Notes: generated from the sequence alone by a model not told the origin. A stretch of DNA of 64,000 bases from an uncultured Chloroflexia bacterium (GCA_963764515.1 CAVXSS010000002.1:1313044-1377043), one strand, 5' to 3'. Positions 29,336 through 39,588 are shown, counted from the first letter of the stretch. Numbers and translations are program-made.

Positions 29336-29928
29336 CCCTCGAGCCCCACGACGTCATCTTCTTCGAGACACCGGGCGCGCTCCGCGACTGGTTCGATGCC
29401 AACGGCGAGACCGCCGACGAGCTCTGGGTCGGCTATCACCGCAAGGCGACCGGCAAGCCGAGCCTGACGTGGTCGCAGGCCGTCGACGAGGCCCTGTGCG
29501 TGGGCTGGATCGACGGCATCCGCAAGAGCATCGACGGGACCAGCCACGTCCAGCGGTTCACGCCGCGCCGAAAAGGGAGTACCTGGAGCGCCATCAACGT
29601 CGCAAAGGTCGCTGCCCTGGCCGCCGAAGGCCGGATGCGACCGGCCGGCATCGCCGCGTTCGCGGCCCGCACCGAGGCCAACACGGCGATCTACTCGTAT
29701 GAGCGGGAAGCGACCACCTTCGCAGACGAGGAGCTCGAGCGTTTCCGGGCCGTGCCGGCTGCCTGGGCCGACTGGGAGGCCCGGCCGCCGTCGTACCGCA
29801 AGGCGGTGACGAACTGGGTCACGAGCGCCAAGGGGGCGGAGACGCGGGCCCGACGCTTCGAGGCGCTCATCGCGGACTCCGCGGCCGGCGAGCGGGTGAA
29901 GCCGATGCGCGTCTCGCGCGACCGATGA
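29332..29928 (+). CDS. YdeI/OmpD-associated family protein (DUF1801-like)
   Basis: Conserved ELWVGYHRKATGKPSLTWSQAVDEALCVGWIDG block. GTGA overlap with the decarboxylase. Confidence 0.65.
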   Translation: MTLEPHDVIFFETPGALRDWFDANGETADELWVGYHRKATGKPSLTWSQAVDEALCVGWIDGIRKSIDGTSHVQRFTPRRKGSTWSAINVAKVAALAAEGRMRPAGIAAFAARTEANTAIYSYEREATTFADEELERFRAVPAAWADWEARPPSYRKAVTNWVTSAKGAETRARRFEALIADSAAGERVKPMRVSRDR

Positions 29929-30089
29929 CGCCAGAGACGACCCGTGCCGGGGCGTGACGACAGGACCGAAACGGCCGGCTGAACGCCGTGCCGTGCGCGC
30001 ATCGTAGCGACGGGTGGTTCGCCGGCGGCCGTCGCCGGGGCACGCGCTAGACTCGCCCGACGAGTCCGTCACGCGCAGGAGGCCGTGCC

Positions 30090-31610
30090 ATGGCCGTCGA
30101 GGTCACCACCGATTTCGCGATGTTCATCGATGGCGCATCCGTGCCGTCATCGAGCGGTCGCTGGCTGGAGGTCCGCAGCCCGGCCACGCGCGCGCTGGTC
30201 GGCCGAGTGCCGGATGGGACGTCGGAGGATGTCGATCGGGCCGTTGCCGCGGCGAGGGCGGCATTCCGCGACGGCCGCTGGCACCGGATGGCGATGCCGG
30301 AACGGGTCACGATCATGAACCGCCTGGGCGACCTGCTCGACCGCGACGCGGACGAGCTCGCCCGCCTCGAGACGCTCCAGACGGGGACCGCCTACAAGCT
30401 CCGGCGCGAGTCCGATTTCGCGTTCGCGAGCGACAACCTGCGCTTCTTCGCGACGCAGATCCGCAATCTCGAGGGCAAGGCGGCGTACGAGTACACGGGG
30501 TCGCACACGAGCTTCGTCCGGCGCGAGCCGATCGGGGTCGTGGGCCAGGTCAGCCCATGGAACTACCCGATGTGGATGGCGATCTGGAAGATCGGCCCGG
30601 CGCTGGCGGCGGGCAACTCGATCGTGTTGAAGCCCGCGTCGGCGACGCCGTTGACGACGGTTCGACTCGCGGAGCTCGCCAGGGAGGCGGGCGTGCCGGA
30701 TGGGGTGCTCAACGTGGTGACCGGGCGCGGCGAGGTGGTCGGTGCGGCGCTGGCGGCGCACATGGACGTCGACCTCATCTCACTCACGGGCGACACGGAG
30801 ACCGGCAAGAAGATCCAGGCCCTCGCGTCGGCGAACCTCAAGCGCGTCCACCTCGAGCTCGGTGGCAAGGCGCCGTTCATCGTGTGCGCGGACGCCGACA
30901 TCGAGGCCGCGGCCCGGGGCGCGACCGCGGGCGCGCTCATCAATGGCGGCCAGGACTGCACGGCGGCCACGCGCGCCTACGTCCATCGCAGCGTCTACGA
31001 GCCGTTCCTGGCGCGAACGGCGGAGCTGTTCGATGGCGTGCGGGTCGGCGATCCGTTCGATCCCACGACGGACCTCGGCACGTTGATCTCCGACGCGCAG
31101 GTGGCCCGCGCGGCCGGGTTCGTGGAGCGGGCGAGGGCCGCCGGCGCGCGAGTCGTGGCCGGGGGCTTCGCTCCCGACGTTCCGGGGCTGCCCGACGGCG
31201 CCTTCTACCGCCCGACCATCGTCGCCGATTGTGCCCAGGACAGCGAGATCGTCCAGGACGAGATCTTCGGGCCGGTACTCGCGGTCCTGCCGTTCGACAC
31301 GCTCGAGGAGGCGCTCGAGAAGGCCAACGACACCCGCTACGGCCTTGCGGCCTCGATCTGGACGAGCAACGTGTTCACCGCCATGGAGGCGGCCCGCACC
31401 CTCAACTTCGGGCACGTCCAGGTCAACGACCACCTGATGGTGACCTCCGAGATGCCGCACGGCGGCTTCAAGCAGTCCGGGTCCGGCAAGGACATGTCGA
31501 CGTACTCGTTCGAGGAGTACACGCAGGTCAAGCACGTCATGCTCGAGCTGACCGGCGAGCCCGAAAAGGGCTGGCACTACACGGTCTTCGGCGATAAGCC
31601 CGTCGGGTAG
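30090..31610 (+). CDS. NAD-dependent aldehyde dehydrogenase
   Basis: VSPWNYP, GNSIVLKPA, ELGGKAP and catalytic GQDCTAATR motifs. 506 aa. Confidence 0.9.
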   Translation: MAVEVTTDFAMFIDGASVPSSSGRWLEVRSPATRALVGRVPDGTSEDVDRAVAAARAAFRDGRWHRMAMPERVTIMNRLGDLLDRDADELARLETLQTGTAYKLRRESDFAFASDNLRFFATQIRNLEGKAAYEYTGSHTSFVRREPIGVVGQVSPWNYPMWMAIWKIGPALAAGNSIVLKPASATPLTTVRLAELAREAGVPDGVLNVVTGRGEVVGAALAAHMDVDLISLTGDTETGKKIQALASANLKRVHLELGGKAPFIVCADADIEAAARGATAGALINGGQDCTAATRAYVHRSVYEPFLARTAELFDGVRVGDPFDPTTDLGTLISDAQVARAAGFVERARAAGARVVAGGFAPDVPGLPDGAFYRPTIVADCAQDSEIVQDEIFGPVLAVLPFDTLEEALEKANDTRYGLAASIWTSNVFTAMEAARTLNFGHVQVNDHLMVTSEMPHGGFKQSGSGKDMSTYSFEEYTQVKHVMLELTGEPEKGWHYTVFGDKPVG

Positions 31611-31623
31611 GCAGCCGCGCGCG

Positions 31624-32022
31624 ATGAGCCTCCGATATGGCTGGCGCGACCCGTTCGACAACGCGGCCGTCGACGCGCTGCATGCGGAGGCATTCGGCCA
31701 TCCGGTGCTCGGCGACGATTGGGTGGGACAGGTCGAGGGCCACAGCCTTGGCTGGGTCTGTGCGTGGGACGGCGATGAGCTCGTCGGATTCGTCAACGTC
31801 GCCTGGGATGGCGGCGTCCATGCCTTCATCCTCGACACGATGGTCCTCGCGAGGGCCCAGCGACGCGGCATCGCGACCGGGTTGGTGGCGCTGGCGGTGC
31901 AGCGAGCACGGGCCGCCGGGTGCGAGTGGCTACACGTCGACTTCGAGGACCATTTGCAGACCCTCTATTTCGATGCCTGTGGCTTCGTCCCGACGAATGC
32001 CGGCCTGATCAGGCTCGATTGA
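31624..32022 (+). CDS. GNAT family N-acetyltransferase
   Basis: Acetyl-CoA motif A QRRGIATGLVALAV and a GNAT-sized (132 aa) fold. Confidence 0.75.
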   Translation: MSLRYGWRDPFDNAAVDALHAEAFGHPVLGDDWVGQVEGHSLGWVCAWDGDELVGFVNVAWDGGVHAFILDTMVLARAQRRGIATGLVALAVQRARAAGCEWLHVDFEDHLQTLYFDACGFVPTNAGLIRLD

Positions 32023-32195
32023 CGGCCGCGTCCGACGGTGCTCGCCGTGCACGGCCGTGCACGAGGGCGGCGCGGCCGCGCCGCCCTCGTGAGATCTGCC
32101 CGGGGCGAACGCCGATCGCCAGGCAGATGCGTGCCGGATCCCGGCCCGAGCCGCCGACACCGGCCGGTCAGCGGCATGCCGCGGGTGCCCCGATA

Positions 32196-32630
32196 ATGGC
32201 CGCCATCGCCGAGCACATCGATGGAGGCCTACAGAGACCCGTGCCACCGATCGACGAACTGACCCGCATCGAGCCCGTCCACCTGGCGCGGCTCGACCAC
32301 CACGGCATCTTCACGACCGGCCTCCTGCTCGAGGTGTCCGAGACGCCGACCCGTCGCCAGACCCTGGCCGACCAGGTCGTCGCGACCACGAACGACGTGC
32401 TCGAATGGCGGGACGAAGCATTGATGCTCAACCTGGCCAGCTTCGGGCCCGATGAGCACCAGCTCTTCATCCAGGCCGGCATCGAGGGGCTACGCGGCAT
32501 CCTGGCCCTCGATGCAGACGCCTTCCGCCTCCGGATCCACGCTGCAGCGGCTGAGCTCGGGGTCGACCCACCGAGCGATCTGACGCTCCACGGCTGGTGG
32601 GAACAGGCCCAGACCCTCGAGGAGGAGTAG
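32196..32630 (+). CDS. DUF4332-like helical protein
   Basis: 144-aa ORF from ATG 32196. The family assignment is tentative. The table ORF from 31920 overlaps the GNAT gene and is rejected. Confidence 0.5.
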   Translation: MAAIAEHIDGGLQRPVPPIDELTRIEPVHLARLDHHGIFTTGLLLEVSETPTRRQTLADQVVATTNDVLEWRDEALMLNLASFGPDEHQLFIQAGIEGLRGILALDADAFRLRIHAAAAELGVDPPSDLTLHGWWEQAQTLEEE

Positions 32631-32639
32631 CGGGGAAGA

Positions 32640-33072
32640 GCCGCATCGGGCTCTCAAGGTGGGTTGGTGCGTGGTGCGCACCATTTCCTGCGTGGGCCGC
32701 GCTCGACCGGGCCGTCGGGCGCCCTCGGGCGCGTTCTGGTGCGTGGTCCGCACCGTGTCCTGCGCCGGGAGGTCGGGACCGGACCGCAGCGGGTCCTGGC
32801 GCAGGTATTGGTGCGTGCCACGCACCGGGATCCTCCGGACCGTGGCCACGCCCGTGACGGTCAGTCACGAGTCGCTGCACGACGGCCAGCGAAGGCCCGC
32901 CAGATCGCCTCACATGCAGGATTCCGTGACTCACGGGCACCGGATACTGCCCCGACAGCCCGCGATCGAGGGCGAAGGCCGCTCTGGCGGGCCGCCATGC
33001 AGGAAACCGAGACTGCGAGTCACGGCTCGGGCGACGGCCCGAGTCGTCCCGGCCGCGGAACGGGCTAGGATG
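32640..33072. repeat. cluster of palindromic repeats (locus c, largest copy array of the dispersed family)
   Basis: Three units TGGTGCG-N5-CGCACC...CCTGCG (N5 = TGGTG/TGGTC/TGCCA), then three units with GTGAC-N-GTCAC or GACTgcgAGTC cores, two of which are preceded by CATGCAGGAWWCCG. Many nested GC hairpins. Confidence 0.5.
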
Positions 33073-33077
33073 GCGCC

Positions 33078-33776
33078 GTGAGCAGTCTCGGCGGTCGCCT
33101 CGCCTCCATCGCGGTCGGGCTCGCTACCGCGATCGTCATCGTCGCGGTGGCGATCGTGCCGTTCCTGACGCCGGCCTGGGTCGGCTTCGAACAGGGACGC
33201 GCGCAGGCCCAGGCGTGGACCGGCTATGGCGCCGCGGACCTCCAGACCGCCACGAACGCCATCCTCGCCGACCTGGTCATCGGGCCGCCCGATTTCGATG
33301 TCGCGGTCGCGGGTGCTCCCGTCCTCGACGAACGCGAGCGCGATCACATGCGTGACGTCCGGACGGTGTTCGGGGGTCTGGCCATCGCGGCCGCGATCTC
33401 GGTGGTCCTGCTCCTCGTGGTGGCCGTGCGCCGTCGCGATCCCACCGCGACGTGGCGAGCCGCGAGGCGCGGCGCGACCGGCCTGGCCGTCGCGGTGGTC
33501 AGCCTCGGAGTCGTCGCACTGGTCGCGTTCGATACCCTGTTCGAGGTCTTCCACGAGGTCCTGTTCCCGGCCGGTTCCTACGACTTCGACCCGGCCACGG
33601 AACGGCTCGTCCAGCTCTTTCCGTTCCAGTTCTGGCAGGAGTCGGCGATCGCGGTGGGCGTCGTCATCGTGGTGATCTCGGCGCTGGTGGCGATCGTCGC
33701 CCACCGGCGCGAGGTCCGGCCATCCGCACGGACCTCGACCGACCCGAGCGCGGCACCGGTCGCGGAGCCCGGATGA
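33078..33776 (+). CDS. integral membrane protein, DUF1461/TIGR01906 (Lit-like) family
   Basis: Two TM segments flank a conserved domain. 232 aa. GTG start. Confidence 0.7.
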   Translation: MSSLGGRLASIAVGLATAIVIVAVAIVPFLTPAWVGFEQGRAQAQAWTGYGAADLQTATNAILADLVIGPPDFDVAVAGAPVLDERERDHMRDVRTVFGGLAIAAAISVVLLLVVAVRRRDPTATWRAARRGATGLAVAVVSLGVVALVAFDTLFEVFHEVLFPAGSYDFDPATERLVQLFPFQFWQESAIAVGVVIVVISALVAIVAHRREVRPSARTSTDPSAAPVAEPG

Positions 33777-34927
33777 GCGCGTTCCCGGTCGGCCGGCTGG
33801 CCGGCCTCGAGATTCGGATCCACGTCTCGTGGGCGATCATCCTCGCCGTCATCGTCGTGTCGGCCGGTGCCCAGGTCGGGAACCTCGATCCCAGCTCACC
33901 GATGCCGGTCCGATGGGGGATCGGGGTGGTCGTGGCGGTCCTCTTCCTCGTTTCGGCGATGGCCCACGAGCTGGGCCACGCCCTGGTCGCCCGCCAGCGG
34001 AGCGTGCCGACCGAGGCGGTCGTCGTCTACTTCCTTGGCGCGCCGGCCTCGCCCGACCTCATGACCGTGAGGCCGCGTGACGAAGTGGCGATCGCCGTCG
34101 CCGGCCCGCTCGTGAGCATCGGGATCGGGATCGGTTTCATCGGCATCGCGGTCATCGCGGCTGCGCTGGGTGACTCGGGCCCGGCCATGATCGTCGGCCG
34201 AGTGGCGCTCGTCGTCGGGACCCTGGACCTGGCGCTCGGCGTGCTCAACCTGATCCCCGCCTTTCCGCTCGACGGCGGCAGGGTCGTCCGCGGCCTGGCC
34301 TGGGCGCGGTCCGGCGACGCACGGGCCGGATTGCGAACCGCGGCGCGCGTCGGCCGTCTCGTCGGCTTGTTCCTGGCCGGGCTCGGCATCGTCGGGATCC
34401 TGGTCGCCGACCTCCTGCCGGTCGATCCGATCGACGGGTTCATGGTCGCCCTGTGCGGCTGGTTCCTGACCACGGCCGCCCGCACCGTCGAGCACCGGGC
34501 CGACCTCGACCAGCTGCTCGACGGGCTCAATGTCGGCGATGTCATGGACCGTGATGTCGCCGGCATCCCTCCGGGATTGACGCTCGATACGTTCGCGAGC
34601 CAGGTTCTCGATGGCAGCTCCTCGATGGCCCTGCCCGTCACCCGCGGCACGGAGCTGCTGGGCGTCATCGGTGCGTCCCAGCTCCGACGCGTGCGCCGTG
34701 ACCGCTGGGCGACGACTCGCGTCGAGGACCTGATGATCTCGCCGTCGGCCATGCTGATCGTGTCGCCCGAGACCACGATCCGGGCCGCGCTGGTCGGCCT
34801 CGCCCGCGCCGGCATCGATGCGCTGCCGGTCATGGAGGGTGGCACGTTCACGGGCCTGCTCACGCGCCGCGACGTGGCGGCGGCGATCCGGGGTCGCGCC
34901 GAGCTTGCCGGCGTTACCCCGTGGTGA
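33773..34927 (+). CDS. site-2 protease family zinc metalloprotease (M50) with tandem CBS domains
   Basis: HELGHALVA HExxH motif and the second zinc-ligand region LIPAFPLDGGRV. C-terminal CBS pair. ATGA overlap with the upstream gene. Confidence 0.8.
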   Translation: MSAFPVGRLAGLEIRIHVSWAIILAVIVVSAGAQVGNLDPSSPMPVRWGIGVVVAVLFLVSAMAHELGHALVARQRSVPTEAVVVYFLGAPASPDLMTVRPRDEVAIAVAGPLVSIGIGIGFIGIAVIAAALGDSGPAMIVGRVALVVGTLDLALGVLNLIPAFPLDGGRVVRGLAWARSGDARAGLRTAARVGRLVGLFLAGLGIVGILVADLLPVDPIDGFMVALCGWFLTTAARTVEHRADLDQLLDGLNVGDVMDRDVAGIPPGLTLDTFASQVLDGSSSMALPVTRGTELLGVIGASQLRRVRRDRWATTRVEDLMISPSAMLIVSPETTIRAALVGLARAGIDALPVMEGGTFTGLLTRRDVAAAIRGRAELAGVTPW

Positions 34928-36270
34928 GCGGCACGGCCGCCGGGCCCGGGCTCCTGAGCGTGGAAGCGGCGCGGGACGCCGTGCTCGCCGCGGCTCGCGC
35001 GACCGGCACGGAACGGATCGGTCTCGACGGCGCCCTGGGCCGCGTCGTGGCCGAGACGGCCGTCGCACGGACCTCGCTCCCGCCATGGCCGAACTCGGCG
35101 ATGGACGGATACGCGATCCGCGCCGCCGACACGCACGCGGCCGGTGAGGGCGCACCGGCGAGACTCGAGGTCATCGGGGAGGTGCGGGCTGGCTTCGCGC
35201 CCGAGGTCGAGGTCCGCCCGGGCACGGCCGTGCGCATCGCCACGGGGGCCCGCCTCCCGGACGGTGCCGATGCCGTGGTCCCGGTCGAGGCCACGACGCC
35301 ACTCGACGGGGCCGGCCGCCCCGGCGCGCGCGGCCGCGACGCGACCGGGCCCGTGCCCGCCGCGATCGATGTCCACGAGGTCGTCGGCCTCGGCGGGTCG
35401 GTCCGCGCGGCCGGCAGCGATCTCCGTGAGGCGGCCCCGCTCGTCGAACGGGGGACCGCGATCGGCGCGGCGACCATCGCCCTCCTGGCGGGTGCCGGCG
35501 TAGAGGCGGTCACCGTGTTCCGCAAGCCGCGTGTCGCGGTCCTCGCGACGGGCGACGAGGTCCGCTCTCCCGGTGAGCCGCTCGGACCTGCCGGCATCCC
35601 CGACGCGAACGGCCCGGGCCTGCGCGCCCTGGCCACGGCCGCGGGCGCCGACGTCATCGACCTTGGCATCGCGACCGACGTGCTCGACGACGTGCTGATC
35701 CGCCTGCGACGGGGCCTGGACGACGGGGCGGACCTCCTGATCGTCGCGGGTGGCGTCTCGGTCGGGCCGTTCGACGTCGTCAAGGCCGCGATCGAGGCCG
35801 TGGGCACGATCGATCTGTGGCGGGTCGCCGTCCAGCCCGGCAAGCCGTTTGCGTTCGGCACGGCCGAACGACCCGGTGGAGGTTCACCGGTCCTCATCGT
35901 CGGCTTGCCCGGCAATCCGGTGTCGGGCGCTGTGACGTTCGAACTGTTCGTTCGCCCGGCGATCCGCCAGATGGCCGGACGACGCGACGTGCTTCGGCCC
36001 GTCGATCGCGCAGTGCTCGGTGACGCCGTGACCAAGAGCGAAGGTCGCCGGGCGTTCGTTCGCGTCGTCGCCGAAGACGATGCGAACGGTGCGCCGATCC
36101 GCGACGAGCGGGGTCGCGTTCGCGTCAGACTGGCGGGCGGCACCGCCGGCCAGGGCAGCCACGTCATCTCGGCCCTGGCCGTCGCCGATGGGCTGGCGGT
36201 GATCCCCGAGGGTGTGCCCGGTGTGGCGGCCGGCGCCGAGGTGGACCTGTGGTGGCTCGACCGGGCCTGA
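34921..36270 (+). CDS. moeA: molybdopterin molybdotransferase MoeA
   Basis: MoeA N-domain (PPWPNSAMDGYAI) and MoCF-biosynthesis domain (GDELV-like LATGDEV, LLIVAGGVSVGPFDVV). Start overlaps the upstream stop. Confidence 0.85.
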   Translation: MVSGTAAGPGLLSVEAARDAVLAAARATGTERIGLDGALGRVVAETAVARTSLPPWPNSAMDGYAIRAADTHAAGEGAPARLEVIGEVRAGFAPEVEVRPGTAVRIATGARLPDGADAVVPVEATTPLDGAGRPGARGRDATGPVPAAIDVHEVVGLGGSVRAAGSDLREAAPLVERGTAIGAATIALLAGAGVEAVTVFRKPRVAVLATGDEVRSPGEPLGPAGIPDANGPGLRALATAAGADVIDLGIATDVLDDVLIRLRRGLDDGADLLIVAGGVSVGPFDVVKAAIEAVGTIDLWRVAVQPGKPFAFGTAERPGGGSPVLIVGLPGNPVSGAVTFELFVRPAIRQMAGRRDVLRPVDRAVLGDAVTKSEGRRAFVRVVAEDDANGAPIRDERGRVRVRLAGGTAGQGSHVISALAVADGLAVIPEGVPGVAAGAEVDLWWLDRA

Positions 36271-36290
36271 TGCAGACCCGCGATGATCCG

Positions 36291-36908
36291 ATGAGCGGAG
36301 GACCGATGGACCAGAAACCGTCACGTGACGATCGCCCGCGATCGGAGCGGCGCCGGCTGACGCACGTCGACCGCAGCGGCCGGCCGCGCATGGTCGATGT
36401 CTCGGCGAAGCCCGCGACGGCGCGTCGGGCGGTCGCGGAGGCCCTCGTCGCGGTAGCGCCCGAGACGATGAGCCTGGTCATCGACGGTGGCGGACCCAAG
36501 GGCGACGTCCTGGGCGTCGCCGAGCTGGCGGGCGTCATGGGCGCCAAGCGAACCAGCGATCTCATCCCGCTCTGCCACCCGCTCGCCTTGACCGACCTGG
36601 TCGTGGCGATCACCCCGGATCGGGCGGCGGGAGTCCTTCGCATCCGGGCGGAGGCCGCCACCACCGGCCCGACGGGCGTCGAGATGGAAGCGATGACCGC
36701 GGCCTCCGTCGCGGCGCTCACCGTGTACGACATGGTCAAGGGCGTGGAGCGTGGCGTCGAGATCCGGTCGGTCCGGCTCGTCTCCAAGACGGGCGGCAAG
36801 AGCGGGACGTGGGAAGGCTCCGCCGCAGGCGCCCTGCCCGTGCCGGCTCGTCCCCGTCCCGGCGCCCGGGTGGCCGGGCGGATCGGCAAGAAGAGGCGCC
36901 AGGGTTGA
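36291..36908 (+). CDS. moaC: cyclic pyranopterin monophosphate synthase accessory protein MoaC
   Basis: LTHVDRSGRPRMVDVSAKPATARRA and GVEMEAMTAASVAALTVYDM are MoaC signatures. Confidence 0.85.
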   Translation: MSGGPMDQKPSRDDRPRSERRRLTHVDRSGRPRMVDVSAKPATARRAVAEALVAVAPETMSLVIDGGGPKGDVLGVAELAGVMGAKRTSDLIPLCHPLALTDLVVAITPDRAAGVLRIRAEAATTGPTGVEMEAMTAASVAALTVYDMVKGVERGVEIRSVRLVSKTGGKSGTWEGSAAGALPVPARPRPGARVAGRIGKKRRQG

Positions 36909-37408
36909 GCGGCCGGGACCGGACGGCGCTCGTCCTGACCGCGAGTGACGGCGTGACCGCCGGCGTCCGCGACGACGCGTCGGGTGATGCCCTGACCGCG
37001 CGTCTCGAGGCGCTCGGGTTCGCGGTCGCGCGCTCCGTCCTGCCCGATGACCAGCCCCGGATCGAGGATGCGCTGCGCGCCGGCGCCGATGCCGGGCGGT
37101 CCCTCATCGTGACGACGGGTGGCACGGGGTTGACGCCTCGCGACGTCACGCCGCAAGCGACCCAGGCCGTCCTGGATTACGAGGTGCCCGGCCTCGCGGA
37201 GGCGATGCGTGCCACCGGCCGCGCGATCACGCCGTTCGCCGACCTGTCGCGCGGGGTCGTTGGGGTCATGGGGCGTTCGCTGGTCGTCAACGTCCCCGGC
37301 AGCCCGAAGGCCGCGCTCGAATCGTTCGATGCCATCGTGCCCGTCCTCGAGCACGCCCTCGAGACCATCGCGGGCCCGTTCGACCACGATGAGCGGACGC
37401 CGTCGTGA
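36905..37408 (+). CDS. mog: molybdenum cofactor biosynthesis protein MogA/MoaB
   Basis: LIVTTGGTGLTPRDVTP and VPGLAEAMR motifs of the MogA/MoaB fold. TTG start overlapping the moaC stop; start uncertain. Confidence 0.7.
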   Translation: MSGRDRTALVLTASDGVTAGVRDDASGDALTARLEALGFAVARSVLPDDQPRIEDALRAGADAGRSLIVTTGGTGLTPRDVTPQATQAVLDYEVPGLAEAMRATGRAITPFADLSRGVVGVMGRSLVVNVPGSPKAALESFDAIVPVLEHALETIAGPFDHDERTPS

Positions 37409-39537
37409 CGTTCATCTCGCCCTTCGACGTCGTGCCCGCCTACCCGCTGGTCTTCGCCGTGTTCTGGGGTGCCGCCGCGTTCTTCGTGCTCGCGATGGCC
37501 CGCCACCTGCGCGTGTTCGCCGCGGTCCGAGCCACCGGCCCGAGCCCGTTTGCCGACATCCCGACGCGCTTCGTCGGGCTGATCCGGTACGCTTTCATGC
37601 AGACGAAGATGTTCAAGGACCCGCGCGCGGGGCTCATGCACGCCGGCATCTTCTGGGGCTTCGTGCTGCTGACCATCGGGACCGCGAACGTGGTCACCGG
37701 CGGGATCATCCAGCAGGTGCTCTCCATCCCGTTCGGCGGCGTCATCTGGTCCGCCGTCAGCGCGATGCAGAACGTCGTCGCGGTCATCGTGCTGGTATCG
37801 ATCGGCTGGGCATTCGTGCGCCGGCTCGTCATCAAGCCCAAGCGGCTCACACTCAACCGCGACGCCCTGATCACCCTCGCGATGATCGGTGGCGTGGTTG
37901 GTAGCGAGCTGCTTGCGCAGGTGTTCGAGGCGGCTCATGCCAAGGACGTCCCGGGAGCGTTCGTTGCCGATGCCCTGGCGGTCCCACTTCGGGCCGTGTT
38001 CGGGCCCGACGCGCTCGCGGTCGGCTTCGCCGTGTGCTGGTGGGCGCACATGGCGCTCGTCGCGGCATTCCTCGTCTACCTGCCGTCCAGCAAGCACCTG
38101 CACATGGTCACCGCCTTCCCGAACATCTGGTTCCGCAAGCTCGCGTCGCGCGGTCAGCTGCCGGCGATGGACCTCGAGGCTGACGATCCCCAGTTCGGGC
38201 TGCGGACGCTCCAGGACCTCGGCTGGAAGGACCTGCTCGACGGCTTCACCTGCACCGAGTGCGGCCGCTGCCAGGAGGCGTGCCCGGCGTACAACACCGG
38301 CAAGCCGCTGAACCCCAAGACCTTCATCATGGGCATCCGGGAGATGTCGGTCGAGGCGGAGCACGGCATCGACCTGATCCCGAACTCGCCGATCGTGCGC
38401 GAGACCTACGGTCTCCAGGACACACATCCGTCCGCGGCCGCGCTCGCCGCGCCCATCGTCGACGCGGCCATCCCGTTCGACGCGGTCTGGGATTGCGTGA
38501 CGTGCGGCGCGTGCGTGGAGGCCTGCCCGGTGCTGATCGAGCACGTCGACAAGATCGTCGGGCTGCGCCGGAACCTGGTCCTGGAGGATTCACGGTTCCC
38601 GGCCGAGCTGACCGGCGCGTTCCGGGCCATGGAGAACCAGGGCAATCCGTGGGGCCAGCCCGCGGCGGCGCGACTCGACTGGGCGAAGCCGCTCCCGTTC
38701 AAGGTCGAGTCGGTGGCGGACGTGGCGACCGCAGGCCGGCTCGACGAGCTCGAGGTCCTGTACTGGGTCGGGTGCGCGGCGGCGTTCGACCCGCGCAACC
38801 AGAAGGTCGCCCGGGCCGTGGCGACGTGCCTGCATGCCGCGGGCGTGCGGTTTGCCGTGCTCGGCCAGGAGGAGTCGTGCACGGGCGACCCGGCGCGCCG
38901 GATGGGCAACGACTACGTGTTCCAGATGCTGGCGTCGGGGAACGTCGAGACGCTGGACCGGTATCGGATGGGCGAGCGGACGATCGTGACCGCCTGTCCG
39001 CATTGCTTCAACACGCTCGGCAACGAGTACGGCCAGCTCGGCGGCTCGTACCGGGTGGTGCACCACTCGACGTATCTCGCGGGGTTGCTCGCATCCGGGC
39101 GGCTCACGACGGTGCCGGAGGATGCGGCGGCTTCGACCGGGGATCACCGCCCGGGGAGCGTGACCGTGCACGACTCGTGCTATCTGGCCCGGTACAACGG
39201 GGTCGTCTCGGCGCCACGTGACGTGCTTGGCGCCGCGGGCGTGTCGGTCACCGAGATGGCCAAGTCGGGCAAGAACACGTTCTGCTGCGGGGCCGGGGGC
39301 GGCCGCATGTGGATGGAGGAGGACCGCGGCACGCGCATCAATGCCGAGCGGACCCGCCAGGTGCTGGAGACCGGCGCCTCGACCGTGGCCACAGCGTGCC
39401 CCTTTTGCATGGTCATGCTGAGCGACGGGATCGCCGCCTCCGATGGCGCGGGCCGCGTCGCCGCACAGGACATCAGCGAGGTCCTGGCCGCCAGGATCGC
39501 GTCAATCCCCGACGATCGCCGCTTGCCCGTCGTCTAG
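37405..39537 (+). CDS. membrane-anchored (Fe-S)-binding oxidoreductase, HdrD/GlcF-like (EtfD-like, similar architecture to M. tuberculosis Rv0338c)
   Basis: N-terminal polytopic membrane domain. Two 4Fe-4S ferredoxin motifs (CTECGRCQEACP; CVTCGACVEACP). Two CCG-type cysteine-rich domains (YWVGCAAAF; NTFCCGAGGG). GTGA overlap with mog. Confidence 0.75.
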   Translation: MTFISPFDVVPAYPLVFAVFWGAAAFFVLAMARHLRVFAAVRATGPSPFADIPTRFVGLIRYAFMQTKMFKDPRAGLMHAGIFWGFVLLTIGTANVVTGGIIQQVLSIPFGGVIWSAVSAMQNVVAVIVLVSIGWAFVRRLVIKPKRLTLNRDALITLAMIGGVVGSELLAQVFEAAHAKDVPGAFVADALAVPLRAVFGPDALAVGFAVCWWAHMALVAAFLVYLPSSKHLHMVTAFPNIWFRKLASRGQLPAMDLEADDPQFGLRTLQDLGWKDLLDGFTCTECGRCQEACPAYNTGKPLNPKTFIMGIREMSVEAEHGIDLIPNSPIVRETYGLQDTHPSAAALAAPIVDAAIPFDAVWDCVTCGACVEACPVLIEHVDKIVGLRRNLVLEDSRFPAELTGAFRAMENQGNPWGQPAAARLDWAKPLPFKVESVADVATAGRLDELEVLYWVGCAAAFDPRNQKVARAVATCLHAAGVRFAVLGQEESCTGDPARRMGNDYVFQMLASGNVETLDRYRMGERTIVTACPHCFNTLGNEYGQLGGSYRVVHHSTYLAGLLASGRLTTVPEDAAASTGDHRPGSVTVHDSCYLARYNGVVSAPRDVLGAAGVSVTEMAKSGKNTFCCGAGGGRMWMEEDRGTRINAERTRQVLETGASTVATACPFCMVMLSDGIAASDGAGRVAAQDISEVLAARIASIPDDRRLPVV

Positions 39538-39588
39538 CACTGCCACCGCGACAGGCGGGCCGGCCACCGCCACGGGGAGAGCCGCGCT

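Noticed and set aside
32640-33072. Possible CRISPR array
   Set aside because: The units are imperfect (about 60-80% identical), unequal in length and not separated by unique spacers of regular size. No cas genes are nearby.
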